From Eukaryota sp. TZLM1-RC (taxonomy: Eukaryota > Protista > Metamonada: BaSk clade): a stretch of 64,000 bases of DNA. Under the pieces are notes generated by a model. The model saw only the letters and a program-made list of their open reading frames with translations, ran no database searches and was not told the DNA's origin. Below are positions 35,990-47,235 of the stretch, piece after piece. The stretch covers positions 2,522,550-2,586,549 of the forward strand of contig JAUPSS010000004.1 in NCBI GenBank assembly GCA_040285825.1. Reading direction: 5' to 3'. How positions within the stretch are numbered: position 1 is the first letter of the stretch; every line of letters starts with the position of its first letter. Position numbers and translations under genes: made by a program.

Positions 35990-36860
35990 TTGTTCATTGA
36001 AAATTGTACTTTTTTTCCATCAATAAGTCGATTTTTCTTTGAATTTCATCATTTTTAAATTCAGAATTAATTTTCTTACGAATTTGGGTATTTGTCATTT
36101 GATTTTTTTTCTTCAACTGATTAACAATATTTCTCCAACCTTTCAATTTGATTGAATTGTCGTTTCCATTCACATCATTTTTGTTCCAGTATTTCCTATT
36201 AATTTCTCAAATCAAAAGAATTTTGCAAATGTGTTATTTCGGAATTTGAAATCCTTTACACAATAAGGCGAGATCGGGAAAACCAAGACCAAAAACACCC
36301 TTACATTTGGGCAAATACCGATAATTCACATCAGCAGTTCTACTGATCGCTAGCCATGATTTCAACGTTATACTCAATGACGATGTAATAAAGCTTCAAT
36401 AGATGAAATTGGTAATTTACGTACTACATAAAATTGTGGAAACATAATTCAATTATTTTGGCCTTCATCCTATGTAATAATGCTTGATACTGGAGATGTT
36501 TTATCATATCTTCAAAGTTTAACAAAGCATAATTTGAAATACTAAGAACATTACAAACGTCTGTTGGGTATTGTTTAGCTAACACTCTGAAACGATTCTC
36601 TTTGTTTATCAATTAAGCAAGTTCGACATCATTAATTTTTAAGTACGGATCAGTTATTGGTTCAATTTTTGGATAACAAAGAGCACCAAATTTTTCTACA
36701 GCTGCAGCTAAACAATTGGTTCATTCAAAACCATAAAGTAATTTTGGAAGAGCGAGAGGACAGATGATTCTGATCTACCGAATCAATTAATGTCATCAGC
36801 AAAAGCAATATTTGTTTTGGGAAAACCTGATGCAAGTGTTATTCCTTGTTTGGCAATAAT
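35990..36860 (-). pseudogene. Highly decayed APE-type LINE (L1/Tx1-like) RT remnant
   Basis: Minus strand IAFADDIN near 36790-36809 and YLPKCKGVFGLGFPDL near 36270-36318; a VIGDFNS endonuclease-like motif on the plus strand near 35297. Confidence 0.5.
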
Positions 36861-37489
36861 TTTCGCATAATTTAAGGAGTTAGTGGAGTATTAGTAACAA
36901 TAAGAAAAAAATAGGAGAAAACACGTCTCCTCAATATTACACTTAATCAAAAATTAATCGTTGCTCATTTTAATATGAATCAGTCAGAAAGTAAAAATAT
37001 TTTTTTAACTATGAATTTCATTATGTTGGTGGAATTGTTCATAAATGAGAAAAATCAAGGTATGAAAAGATCCAACTGAAACAAACAAATGAAACAAAGC
37101 ACAGTGGTGTTCAGTTGAAAGTTGAGCATAATAGCTATTGTTGATTTACATAATCGATAAATCTTTGCACTCGCCAAGAGCCACTCGGTTCCTCTGAAAT
37201 GAACTCACAATTGCGGTAGCCCTGTGGCTTTTGGCAGCTTGTTAGGCTTGTGTAAAATGAAGAAAACAATAGGAACAACCGTTATTTTTTAATCACGTTT
37301 TCCTTCTGAAATTTCCAAGTATTCATTCCTGTAGACATAAATCGCTGTTTGCCAAAATTTTCTAGCAAGAATTCAACGTGAAAAACAGTGGTCCGATACT
37401 ACCGCGTGGTTCAACTTTGCAACGTTGTTAGCCTTGGTTAGCTTTATATCATAAGTTATAGTTTTTAAAATTTATTATGAGCCCTCACC

Positions 37490-38622
37490 CTAGACCATCA
37501 ACGTGATGGTTGATGACGCCACCATGACGTCATGGTGGTTTTCTTGGTGGTCGAATTCATTATTTTATTTCTATTAATTTATTTCTATTATTTTATTGCT
37601 CAATTCTTTGTTCTAAATGCCATGGCCTGGTAGAAAACACGTTGTATGCGAATGCGTATCCCCTAATAATGCTTATGATGAGGTTGAATATTCAAATTGA
37701 CGCATTCATGCCATATGTGACTTTTGTCACAGACAGTACAACAACTTTTTTGGTAAGATGACTGACCATTCCGTTGCTGAACGCGTAATTCTGTCAAATT
37801 CTGTTCCAAGTTAGAAAATTTCACTGACGTCTTTACCATGTATTGGAAATCTTTCCTATTAATCCAACTTGGAACAAGTAGTCGAACTCTTTAAACCTCT
37901 TGCTGATTTAATAGTTTTTTTCTGGTCAGGATGCACCAAACATTGGAAAATTGGTGAAGCGGTATGCATCAGCTTTCAATGAAGTTTCGAATAAGTAAAA
38001 CAAATTGAGTTGCTTAGTGTACATGAGAAAAACAGTATTCAACAAAGTGAGGAATTGAAAACTTTGGGACGAAAAACTTTGGGACAAAATGGCAAAATTC
38101 CCAAGGTTTTCGGGTCCAAAGTTTTTACAAACACGGTACTATTCAAACGGCGAATTGACGCAATTCTCACCGAATCCCTTGTAACTTCACATATATTGGA
38201 TCCACAAAATTACGCAGCATTGCATTTTTATCAAGGTGAAAGAGAAGTCAATTACTTTTGCGTTATGAGCAACTTATTGGTTAAAATTAGGGTTGCCGAA
38301 TATTTCGAATACTACTCAAACAAAACAACACCTTTTTATGGTGAACCATATATCTGGCAGCAAGCCAAAAAGCTCCCAGCTCATGAATGTTCAATATGAA
38401 ACATGCTTCTTCATAATAAGCAATCAGTCAGACATGTTAGAAAGTAATAGCGATTCATAGGCAAAACATCACCATGTGGTTCAAATTTACCTCCATATAT
38501 ACTGCGGTGCCACACAATGGAGAAATTGTCAACAATGATTAAAAGCAATGTCAGAATTACTGAACTAGTTCGCTCAAACTAAACTAGTTCGGCATACGTT
38601 CGGCCGAACGTTCAGCACCTAT
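37490..38622 (+). mobile_element. Internally deleted hAT-like transposon remnant
   Basis: BED-finger-like AICDFCHRQY...MTDH near 37710; SHILDPQ (A..LDPR-like) in ORF 38010-38399; palindromic or repeated subterminal motifs at both ends. Confidence 0.5.
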
Positions 38623-38724
38623 TGATACTTTCGGTTAAATTGGCACCTCGATCCGTTTCATTAATATCAAACCGCTGTTTATCTCCTCATTCTTTATACT
38701 ATTACACTAATTATCAACCAACAA

Positions 38725-40927
38725 TTTTTTTTATTTTTTTTTCAAGTATTTTAATTTTATTCAAAACCTATAAATCAACATCTAAAAAATCCATCTCTCC
38801 CAAAACAAAAACACTAGATGCAACTCTCTCATAGAGAGAACCAAGAGACAGCAAAGCATCAGAAACCATCTTCAACATCCCCTTAAAAATAGAAAACACA
38901 ATTCTATTTTGCCAAAACAATCTGTTGAAATTTCTCCCAGTTCTTCTCTTGACAATCAATTCAAAATCATCCAAAAAACATAAAGCAGTTGGTGCAAGAG
39001 AACCAAAAAGGGAAAATACAAATGGATACAAATTGTATTTTGCATGCTGTAGACTGGCCAATTTGGACAAAGGTTCATTGTATTTTTTGAGTTTGAAATT
39101 TTCAGCATTTGAAAGAGGATTATGAATTTCAGAATTAACAAGCCTTTCATTTGAGGCATTACAAGGATCAACAGACATTACATCCAATAAAATGAAACTT
39201 CCATCTAATCCAGGTAATATAACATCACCTCTATTATTCTTATGAAAATCATCTTCAGCATCAAACAGATTTGACAACAGAGGTTCCAAGAAGGATTCAA
39301 TTCTATGAGATTTACACATACAATATAACTGGTCTCTTACAGCATCATGAACCTTGCTTCTAAAAGTAATAAAATGTTTACAATTTAACAAATGAGTAGT
39401 TGTAATTTCTCGAGAACATTTACAAATTAAATTATGAGGTAAATTATCAGGCCAGATAAAGGAACGAAATCTCATATTCAGAGTCCAAGCAGAATCGGTT
39501 AAGAGAGTACCATAAACTTGTGGAATTGTTGTTACTAAGGCAGAAGAAGTACTGTCACACATATCTTGTAAAAGATTTGCAAAAGCGGGATTCTTTTTCT
39601 TGGCCAAGCCAAGTCTAACATCAAAATCCAAGCTTTCAAAAATCTTCGACAATTTTTGTTGAAGCTTTTTACAGCAAAACTGTAAATTAAAAAGAGATCG
39701 GTTTGGAATTTCTTGAATTGATTGAGGAAAACATTTGGTCCAAATTTGTGGCGGCAATTTTTCAAGTTCACAAGATAACTCATACAAATAGGGACTGCAA
39801 TTGGGAACTAACAGATGAGAATCATCAGGAAATCTACGAGAAAAATTCATAAATAAAATTTTGCCACCACCCAAGAATGCTGATTGACACAAAATTGAAG
39901 ACTTAGTAAATCCAATACCACCCAAATTTGCTGAAGAAAATAAGTGACTTTTCAACATTCCTGGTTCTACATCCAATAAATCAGCAAAAAAATTCTGTTC
40001 TCAATGAATTAAATGAACGACAAAAAAATCTAATGCTATGGAAGGAGCACAAGATCTCAAAATGTGGGTTATTCTCCCAGTGTAGCAAATTTTAAGCATG
40101 AAAAATTTAATATGCTTTTCTATATCTAAAGAAGAAATTGAATCAAGTTCAATTTTCATTTTTTCCAAAATAACTTGCAATTCATTCTGAATTTGAGGCA
40201 CGTTTCCTAACCAACAACCAAGGAACTTAAAAGCATCACTACTATAATTAGTAAAAGGGACAATAGAATCGTTTATCACGAGATCTTGAGCAGAAGAGCC
40301 AATCAGAAGGCATTTGCTCGCATTAAGATGAAGCCCAATATTTTCATATGAATCGGCAATTTCTTGAGCAACCAATTCTAGTAAATCAAATGAACCAATC
40401 AAGGATATATCATCCATATAAGCAACTATTTTTATAGATGGGTATTTTTGCTTAATGATATTTAAAGGTTTGTGAATAGCTAAACAAAACAATAATGGGC
40501 CTAAAGGATCTCCCTGCTTCACTCCAGAAGATGATTTAAGAGCAAATGAATTAAAAACTAAATCTGATTCTTTCCCATAAAAATGGTAGAAAAAACTCGA
40601 TAGCTCAGGAAAATCAGATTTAATAACTTCAAAAATTGCTTCTCGCTTTACAGAATTAAAAGCATTTTTAAAGTCGAGATTAAAAATAAAATTATTTTCC
40701 TCTGCATTAAAAAAGGTATCAGAGGCAATAGCAGCAACTGAAGCACCATCAATTGTTTTGATTCCAAATTGATGAGGATTCAAAAATGTAGAAGCTTTGT
40801 CTTTGACACGATCGAAGACAATTGATGCCAGCAAACGAGAAAGAGATTCACCAACAGCAATTGGGCGTATTCCATCAGGTTTGATTCCGTTTCCAGGCTT
40901 TACTAAAGCAATCAGACGTGCAGCGAG
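38725..40927 (-). mobile_element. CRE-like RLE non-LTR retrotransposon, family A, 5'-truncated, with TSD
   Basis: RT, knuckle and RLE motifs (ORFs 40001-40933 and 38768-39976, frameshifts in A/T runs); poly(A)-like tail; exact 13-bp TSD TATCAACCAACAA at 38712-38724 and 40928-40940. Confidence 0.96.
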
Positions 40928-41244
40928 TATCAACCAACAAAGAAAACTTTTATTCAGAAAGTTCTACAACATCTAAATCTAGGTCATTAACCTGACCAAA
41001 CACTCTCTTTAAGTGGTCTGCAAGACAAGGATCTTCGGAAATTCTTGGACACTTTATCGTAATTAACATTGTCCAGAAATTTGTAGACAGTGTGCTTTGG
41101 CATTGAAGAAAGTTGATGTTAAGAAAGGAATTTATGTGTGAATACTGATTTTCAAATAAATAGATCTGTTATTGTGGTAACTGAAATAGGGGTTAGTGGG
41201 AAAACGTTTTCGCAAAAAACTTTGTTGATGTGTGTCAATGAACA

Positions 41245-41300
41245 AAAACTAGTTCGGCCGATCTAAACTAGTTCAGCGTACGTTCGGCTGAATGTTCGGA
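41245..41300. repeat. AACTAGTTCG/GTTCGG subterminal-type repeat
   Basis: Aligns with 38563-38616 (AAACTAGTTC.GC.TACGTTCGGC.GAA.GTTC). Confidence 0.65.
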
Positions 41301-41326
41301 ATTTTAACATTGATAGCAATCTTTAT

Positions 41327-44221
41327 ATGACGACCTTCCAGTTTCCTCACTCTACACTTGCTGAGGGTCTATACCACAACCAAGACTTCCACGATGTTGT
41401 GCTGGTCTACAAACATCATGACTTTCCTGTCCATCGTGCTGTTGTTTCCCTCTTCTCACGCTATCTCAGTCAAATGTTTGTTCTCCCTTTCTCAGATCGC
41501 CTACTCTACCGCGTAGACCTTGATGATCTCCCTGTTGATGTTCGTCTTTTCAGACAGTTCCTCGACTCCCTTTACTGCCAACCATTGTCCATCACTAAGG
41601 AGAATGCATTTGACCTCTATTACATTGCAGAATTCTTCAAGGTTGAGCAAATTAAATCAAACACTTTTTCATTCATTCAAAACCTTTCACCGCCTGATCT
41701 TTGCCACGTCATCGCACGTGCCGATGATTGCTTTCATACTACCTTTATTAAGGAATGTTGCCCTTTGTTGGACAAGCAAACTCTTGTTGAACCACTTCCT
41801 TTAAAAGAAGAAACTTTTTGGACTTTGTCAAAGTTTTTAAAGACTAGTTGTTCAATTAAATGGCTACTTACTTCACTAGTGAAGTCGTTCATTGATTGTT
41901 GTATTGAAGTTTCAGATGTGGAAACAGTATTTCGAAATTCAATCAATTTGATTAAGGAAATTGACCTTGATTTTATCTGGAAAGAAGTTGTTCAAAATCT
42001 CGAGAAATATGAAGAAATGACACGTGTACTTTTGGACTTTTGTTTCTCAATGATCCCAATCAATTCTAACCCCAACACGTCATCATGTGCTAACATGACG
42101 TCATCATATGGTTGTAATACCAATATTAGAAATGATTTTTTGTTTTGGATGTTGATAACTGCTAATAGATTAGAATCCAATCAAATTGATCGATTGGTGA
42201 AGGAAATTCCTGCTGTTTTTGATCTAGGTCAACGTGATTCTGCTCATTTCACACCTTCTACTTTAATCAAACTCTGTAGTCAACTAAAGTCAATCGATCA
42301 CGTGATGTGGTTGATTAAAAGTTTTGTGGAATCTTTTGTCAAAAGTAGTGATTTTTCACCAGAACAGGTCAAAAATGTCTTGAGTTTGCTTGAAGTCAAG
42401 GATATTCCTCTAAATTTTGTCTATTTTGAGCTTTTTGTTCCATTGAAAAGTTTTAATTCTTTATCGTTGGTTTTAATTGAATTTTCCATCAATTGTTTCA
42501 ATTTGATACAAGTAATTAATTCTAATTCAAATTGGTTGGTAGAGACAATTCAATTAGTTGATAATAACGATTTTAATTTGGATGATTTAGGAAGTTTTCT
42601 TCCAAAATTCAAAGTTATTAATGCTAGTCCTATTCCAATTAAAGCCAAAACCTTTATAAAATTAAAAGGTGACGCTTCCAATCATTTTGAAACTGATTAT
42701 TGGCTTCTTCAATCATTGGTCACATCATACAAGAAACTTTCCAATCACAATCAATCAGATTCTGATTGGAGTGTTGAAATTTTCCGCGAATGTTTGTATC
42801 TGTTTGATTTTGAAAATTTTACATTTGCAGATCTAAACCAAATTTTAGCTATTCCGCTTAAGTCTTGTACAGAGCTTTATTCAGTTATGTTTCCGTTCCA
42901 TATTGACATTATTGTACCTAAGGGATATTATGAATTTACTGAAATCTCTTTCAAAAGAATGAAAATACAATTACGCGAAGAAGAAATTTCAAGGGTTTTA
43001 AGTTCTAAGTTTTGTCAAGTTTTTCAATTCAAAATGATTGGGAATGTGATTGATTTGCGGGAAACTTCATTGAGCGTTGATTTAATTGATGCTTCTATCA
43101 ATGATGATTTCACTAATGTGTCTAAATTTATTCCATTTATTAATGCAATCCATGATGAAGATTTTCAAAAAGATTTATTAGGACTTTTTTTACAAATGGC
43201 CAATGAATTTACTATCAAAGAGTTTGAAAAAGTAGTTGCATTTGCTGACTCAATTAATTGTGAAGATCGATCAATTTTGAGTAGAGTCCAGATAACAGCA
43301 GCTGAATCAATCAATCTTTCTGCTTTTGACCGATTACTCAATTTGTCAATTAAATATCAAAACTTTTCTCTTTTTAATTCCGTTATTTCTTTATTTAATT
43401 TCACTTCAAAGCCCAAAGTGTTTGGCATTCCTCAAAATCTTTTATTTGGTTTAAAACAACAGGAATTCATGAATCAAAATAAGGATATTTGGTTAAAGCA
43501 TGTGCTGAAAAACTCTTGCAATTCAAATTCAACTGAATTAGATACTATTACTACACAGTTATTTGGTCAAAGTATTTTATTTGAAGAATTACCTACACCA
43601 CCACTTAGGATTTGTTTGTGGGCTCACAATCTTCAACTTAATGATACCACCAGAAAAATTCAAAAAGGATTTAGGCAAAATTGGCCTAATATCGAGGTTG
43701 AAATTACCTCCGATTATCGCCCCAGTTTGAACAACATCAATAACTTTGATGTTTTTATGCATAATAGTAGTCACTGTTCAATTCAAGGCAGACTACTTGA
43801 ACAAATAGTAGAAGCAGGCAAAGGCTTGGTTCTGTTTAGTTGTGATGGATACAACATCGGGGGTGATTTTAAATATGGAGCATTCAAGGGTTTGAGACGT
43901 TGGAAGGACCTTGAGTCTTACACTAATCTGGGCAACTCTAACCAAAATGATTTAATTATGAAATCTGTAAACTCTTTTTCTTGTAAAGTTGTTGCAGAGT
44001 ACACTTCCATTAACCCCGAATTTCAAACAGTTGTAAGCTTGGAAAATGGAGATCCTTTGGTGTTGAAGAGTGAATATAACAAAAGTAGAGTGGTGGATTT
44101 CTATTCAAATGGTCATAGTAATGATTGTCCTTTGAGTTTTTCTTCGGGGTGGCAAAGCTCTTCAGATGGTCATTTGTTGCTAGCAAATTCAATAGTTTGG
44201 GCTTCTGGAAGAGATGAGTAA
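41327..44221 (+). CDS. BTB/POZ protein with helical repeats and C-terminal GATase-like domain
   Basis: FHDVVLVY..HDFPVHRAVVSLFSRYL...FLDSLY...ENAFDLYYIAEFFKV is a BTB domain; three WL..S.V.S repeats; tail GKGLVLF...LLANSIVWASG. Confidence 0.88.
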   Translation: MTTFQFPHSTLAEGLYHNQDFHDVVLVYKHHDFPVHRAVVSLFSRYLSQMFVLPFSDRLLYRVDLDDLPVDVRLFRQFLDSLYCQPLSITKENAFDLYYIAEFFKVEQIKSNTFSFIQNLSPPDLCHVIARADDCFHTTFIKECCPLLDKQTLVEPLPLKEETFWTLSKFLKTSCSIKWLLTSLVKSFIDCCIEVSDVETVFRNSINLIKEIDLDFIWKEVVQNLEKYEEMTRVLLDFCFSMIPINSNPNTSSCANMTSSYGCNTNIRNDFLFWMLITANRLESNQIDRLVKEIPAVFDLGQRDSAHFTPSTLIKLCSQLKSIDHVMWLIKSFVESFVKSSDFSPEQVKNVLSLLEVKDIPLNFVYFELFVPLKSFNSLSLVLIEFSINCFNLIQVINSNSNWLVETIQLVDNNDFNLDDLGSFLPKFKVINASPIPIKAKTFIKLKGDASNHFETDYWLLQSLVTSYKKLSNHNQSDSDWSVEIFRECLYLFDFENFTFADLNQILAIPLKSCTELYSVMFPFHIDIIVPKGYYEFTEISFKRMKIQLREEEISRVLSSKFCQVFQFKMIGNVIDLRETSLSVDLIDASINDDFTNVSKFIPFINAIHDEDFQKDLLGLFLQMANEFTIKEFEKVVAFADSINCEDRSILSRVQITAAESINLSAFDRLLNLSIKYQNFSLFNSVISLFNFTSKPKVFGIPQNLLFGLKQQEFMNQNKDIWLKHVLKNSCNSNSTELDTITTQLFGQSILFEELPTPPLRICLWAHNLQLNDTTRKIQKGFRQNWPNIEVEITSDYRPSLNNINNFDVFMHNSSHCSIQGRLLEQIVEAGKGLVLFSCDGYNIGGDFKYGAFKGLRRWKDLESYTNLGNSNQNDLIMKSVNSFSCKVVAEYTSINPEFQTVVSLENGDPLVLKSEYNKSRVVDFYSNGHSNDCPLSFSSGWQSSSDGHLLLANSIVWASGRDE

Positions 44222-45062
44222 TAAACTTGACTTTTTCCTTATTTTTAATTTGAATTATTTCGCTTTATAACATTGTTTTTTCTTTATATTTTGTATTTCA
44301 AACAGAGTTAACTTTCCTGAATGTGAAATAAAGAAGAGGAAAATATATAATTTACAGCTTTGCAAGACTGCTAAAGTTGCAATACAGGATCATTTGGTGG
44401 GAAAAACTAGTTTTCAACCTTCAAAAAATGATTTAAAAACTACTTTGAAAGCAAGCAACTATTCTGAGTGGAAGATTATGAAAAGCACTGAAAAATACTT
44501 GACATTTACTGGACACAAATACAAAGGTACGTCAAGGAACAGTATGTGAGTAGGACGAAGCCTATCCCCAACATGATACTGGATACTCATTGCAATTGGA
44601 TTTACAATAATAAGTGGTACATAACCTGATTCTGATAGAGGGAAAATGTATGGTTGGTCAATTGCTGTAATATCAGAATAGTGAGCAGCTGAGGCAAATT
44701 GATCTTCAACTGTTGAAATGTCTCATTGTAATTGGTTTCAGATTCTATTCTTCTTTGGTATTTCTGCCTAACGGCATCACTTGAACGCAATGATTAATTT
44801 TTGGATTTGAGCTTCTTTGGATTAACACGTTCAAAGATCCTCAATAAGTCAGACTCACAATTGTTGTCAACGTTGACAGATGACTGCAGTTGTTATCATC
44901 ATTTTCTTCCGCTTCCTACATTTGAGAAAAAAGGTCACACTAAATGTAGGTTCAAATTGTGAAAAGCACTGATGTTGGTGAATAAAATGAACTTTTCAAA
45001 TAGACTATACGATGTTGACAGACATAAAAAGAAAACTTTATATTTACAAAAAAGCTATTCTT

Positions 45063-45434
45063 CTAATTGCGAGGTAGAGGAGAAATTCCAAGGTATTCAG
45101 AGCTTTCTACAGAATAATTGCTGGAGAGATCTCTAAAGACTTCCATGCGGAAGTGTTTTCCCATACCGTCCCCAGTGGGAAGGGCAAGGTGGATACGATA
45201 GATGATTCCGGCAACAACCTTCATTTGAACGGAGAGAACTTCGAAATCATTCATCTTGTACGTCTCTCCACTGCCAGCAGCAATGTGTGAAACACAAGCT
45301 TGAACAGCCTTGAAGACATAAGGATCTTCCAAATCTACTTGACGGTGGGGACTGAAAGCTCCTGGCATGGAGTCAGATTCTGGAGTGGCTAAAGCGACAG
45401 CTAGTAGCAGAAAAACTAAATAGAAGGTCTTCAT
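45063..45434 (-). CDS. Secreted cystatin-family protease inhibitor
   Basis: Signal peptide MKTFYLVFLLLAVALA; N-terminal PG; VQMKVVAGIIYRI (QxVxG loop with Q>K). Confidence 0.8.
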   Translation of the reverse strand: MKTFYLVFLLLAVALATPESDSMPGAFSPHRQVDLEDPYVFKAVQACVSHIAAGSGETYKMNDFEVLSVQMKVVAGIIYRIHLALPTGDGMGKHFRMEVFRDLSSNYSVESSEYLGISPLPRN

Positions 45435-45484
45435 GATGATGCAAGAAACTGAATGTTTTATCTTTTGCGACTCCATTCTCTCAA

Positions 45485-46855
45485 ATGCTAACCCCAACTT
45501 ATTCAGTTTCCCAAACACTTTCTTCAATAGATGTCATTGTTGACCTTCCATCAGTGTCTACTAAAAACATAGATGTCATAATATCAGATTTTGTGGTTAA
45601 AGTAAATGCACCACCTTATGCACTTTTGTTGGATCTTCCTCATAAGGTTTCTCTAACCAAATCTTTCTTCAAATGTAGTCCTGGTGAAGCAATAATATCT
45701 TTAGAAAAACTATCTCGTCAATACTGGCCATACGTACATATTCCTGAGAAAGAACTTTCCAAAAAAGGACGCAGTGCTCGACGAGATGCTTCAATGGAAC
45801 GCTACCTACAACACGTTCAAGAAATTGCAAAATCTAATGAATCTTCATCTGCTCAACACTCAAGAGAACTGCTCAACAAACAATGGCAGCTCCAGAAAGA
45901 AGAGAGAAAAAGGACGGAGAAGTTGGTGAAGGAACGACAACAGGAGCTAAGTTCTAAACTAACTTCCTTCTCTGACTCCATGGACAAGGCCTCTGTACAA
46001 ACTCAACAAATTAGTACTGAGGATGTTGAAGAAGCGCCTGTTCGGAAGTCTATTTCTATCTCCGTTCAACTTACACCATCAGGTAGCATTGGATCACGTG
46101 AAGAGCGACCAGAAACTTATTTTAAACCCGGTCAACAATTTGACAGTCAGATTGATGCCTTGATTGAGAGGGCTAGGAATCTAATTACTGGAGGTGACTT
46201 AGTGTCAGCTTTAAATGTGACAAGTTCAGCTTTGGCTAAGGAACCTTTTTCTTTGAGTGTTTTGGATTTAAGATCTGAAATTAATTTGAAATTAAATAAA
46301 AAAGATCAGTGTTTGGCTGATATAAGTACAGCTTTGAGTAATATAAAAGAGGAGGAGTTTTTAACCCCCAATCAAAAGGTCGTTATTGGTCGTCTTTATG
46401 AGCGTCAGTCAAATGTTTTGATGGATAAACATCAGCTTTTTGAGTCATGGAAAGCTATTTTTAATTCAATTAAGTACTTTGATGAGTCCAATATGATCGA
46501 GTCTGAAAAAGAAAAAGTCCGAATTACTTACAGGGATCGATCTTTTTATTGTGCAGATTCGCTACTATCACTAGGTAGAAAGTATTTAGTGGCTGACAAG
46601 TTTGATGAAGCTATTTCGGTTTTCAAAGAATGTATTGAAATTGGTCAGAAATGTGGTAAAAATGTCGGGGAATTGGGTTCTTTAGCGTGGTTGAATCTTT
46701 TATATGCACTAATTAAGCTCCACGAATTCGAAAAGGCTGCCATAGAGTTGAGTTTATTTGAAGAATCTAAATTATTCAAGTATTTACCCAATGAACACTT
46801 TTCAGTATTAGAAAGCAGAAAGCAATTGTTGGACATATTATTGGTTAGAGTTTGA
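45485..46855 (+). CDS. DNAAF4: Dynein axonemal assembly factor 4 (DYX1C1): CS/p23 domain, coiled coil, TPRs
   Basis: YSVSQT...IDVIISDFVVKVNAPPYALLLDL matches the DYX1C1 CS domain; charged coil followed by TPR helices. Confidence 0.8.
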   Translation: MLTPTYSVSQTLSSIDVIVDLPSVSTKNIDVIISDFVVKVNAPPYALLLDLPHKVSLTKSFFKCSPGEAIISLEKLSRQYWPYVHIPEKELSKKGRSARRDASMERYLQHVQEIAKSNESSSAQHSRELLNKQWQLQKEERKRTEKLVKERQQELSSKLTSFSDSMDKASVQTQQISTEDVEEAPVRKSISISVQLTPSGSIGSREERPETYFKPGQQFDSQIDALIERARNLITGGDLVSALNVTSSALAKEPFSLSVLDLRSEINLKLNKKDQCLADISTALSNIKEEEFLTPNQKVVIGRLYERQSNVLMDKHQLFESWKAIFNSIKYFDESNMIESEKEKVRITYRDRSFYCADSLLSLGRKYLVADKFDEAISVFKECIEIGQKCGKNVGELGSLAWLNLLYALIKLHEFEKAAIELSLFEESKLFKYLPNEHFSVLESRKQLLDILLVRV

Positions 46856-47235
46856 AGTTTTCTATATTCCCTTTTTAATTTGATTTTTTTTAATTTTACC
46901 TGCATTTTATTCGTAAACAGTTTCTCAATATCCCAAGTCAATATAGTTTGTAATTTTGGTTTTTCTTTCTAAACACCGTTTTAACTCATATTTTAACTTC
47001 GTTATTCTACGGATACATGTTCAGAAGTGTCATGTTAATATATTTTTTGTATTGAAGTACAACACAAATAAAATAAACTCAGAACTAATTATTAATTATG
47101 ATAAATTAATTATTCACACAATCCTTGTTCACTTTTTCTTGCTTCTATTCTCAGATAGATGTATAAACATTGTACTTTCCGGTACTTAAAAATACAAACT
47201 GGTACATTTGGCCTACAATCACTCAATTTGACAAC

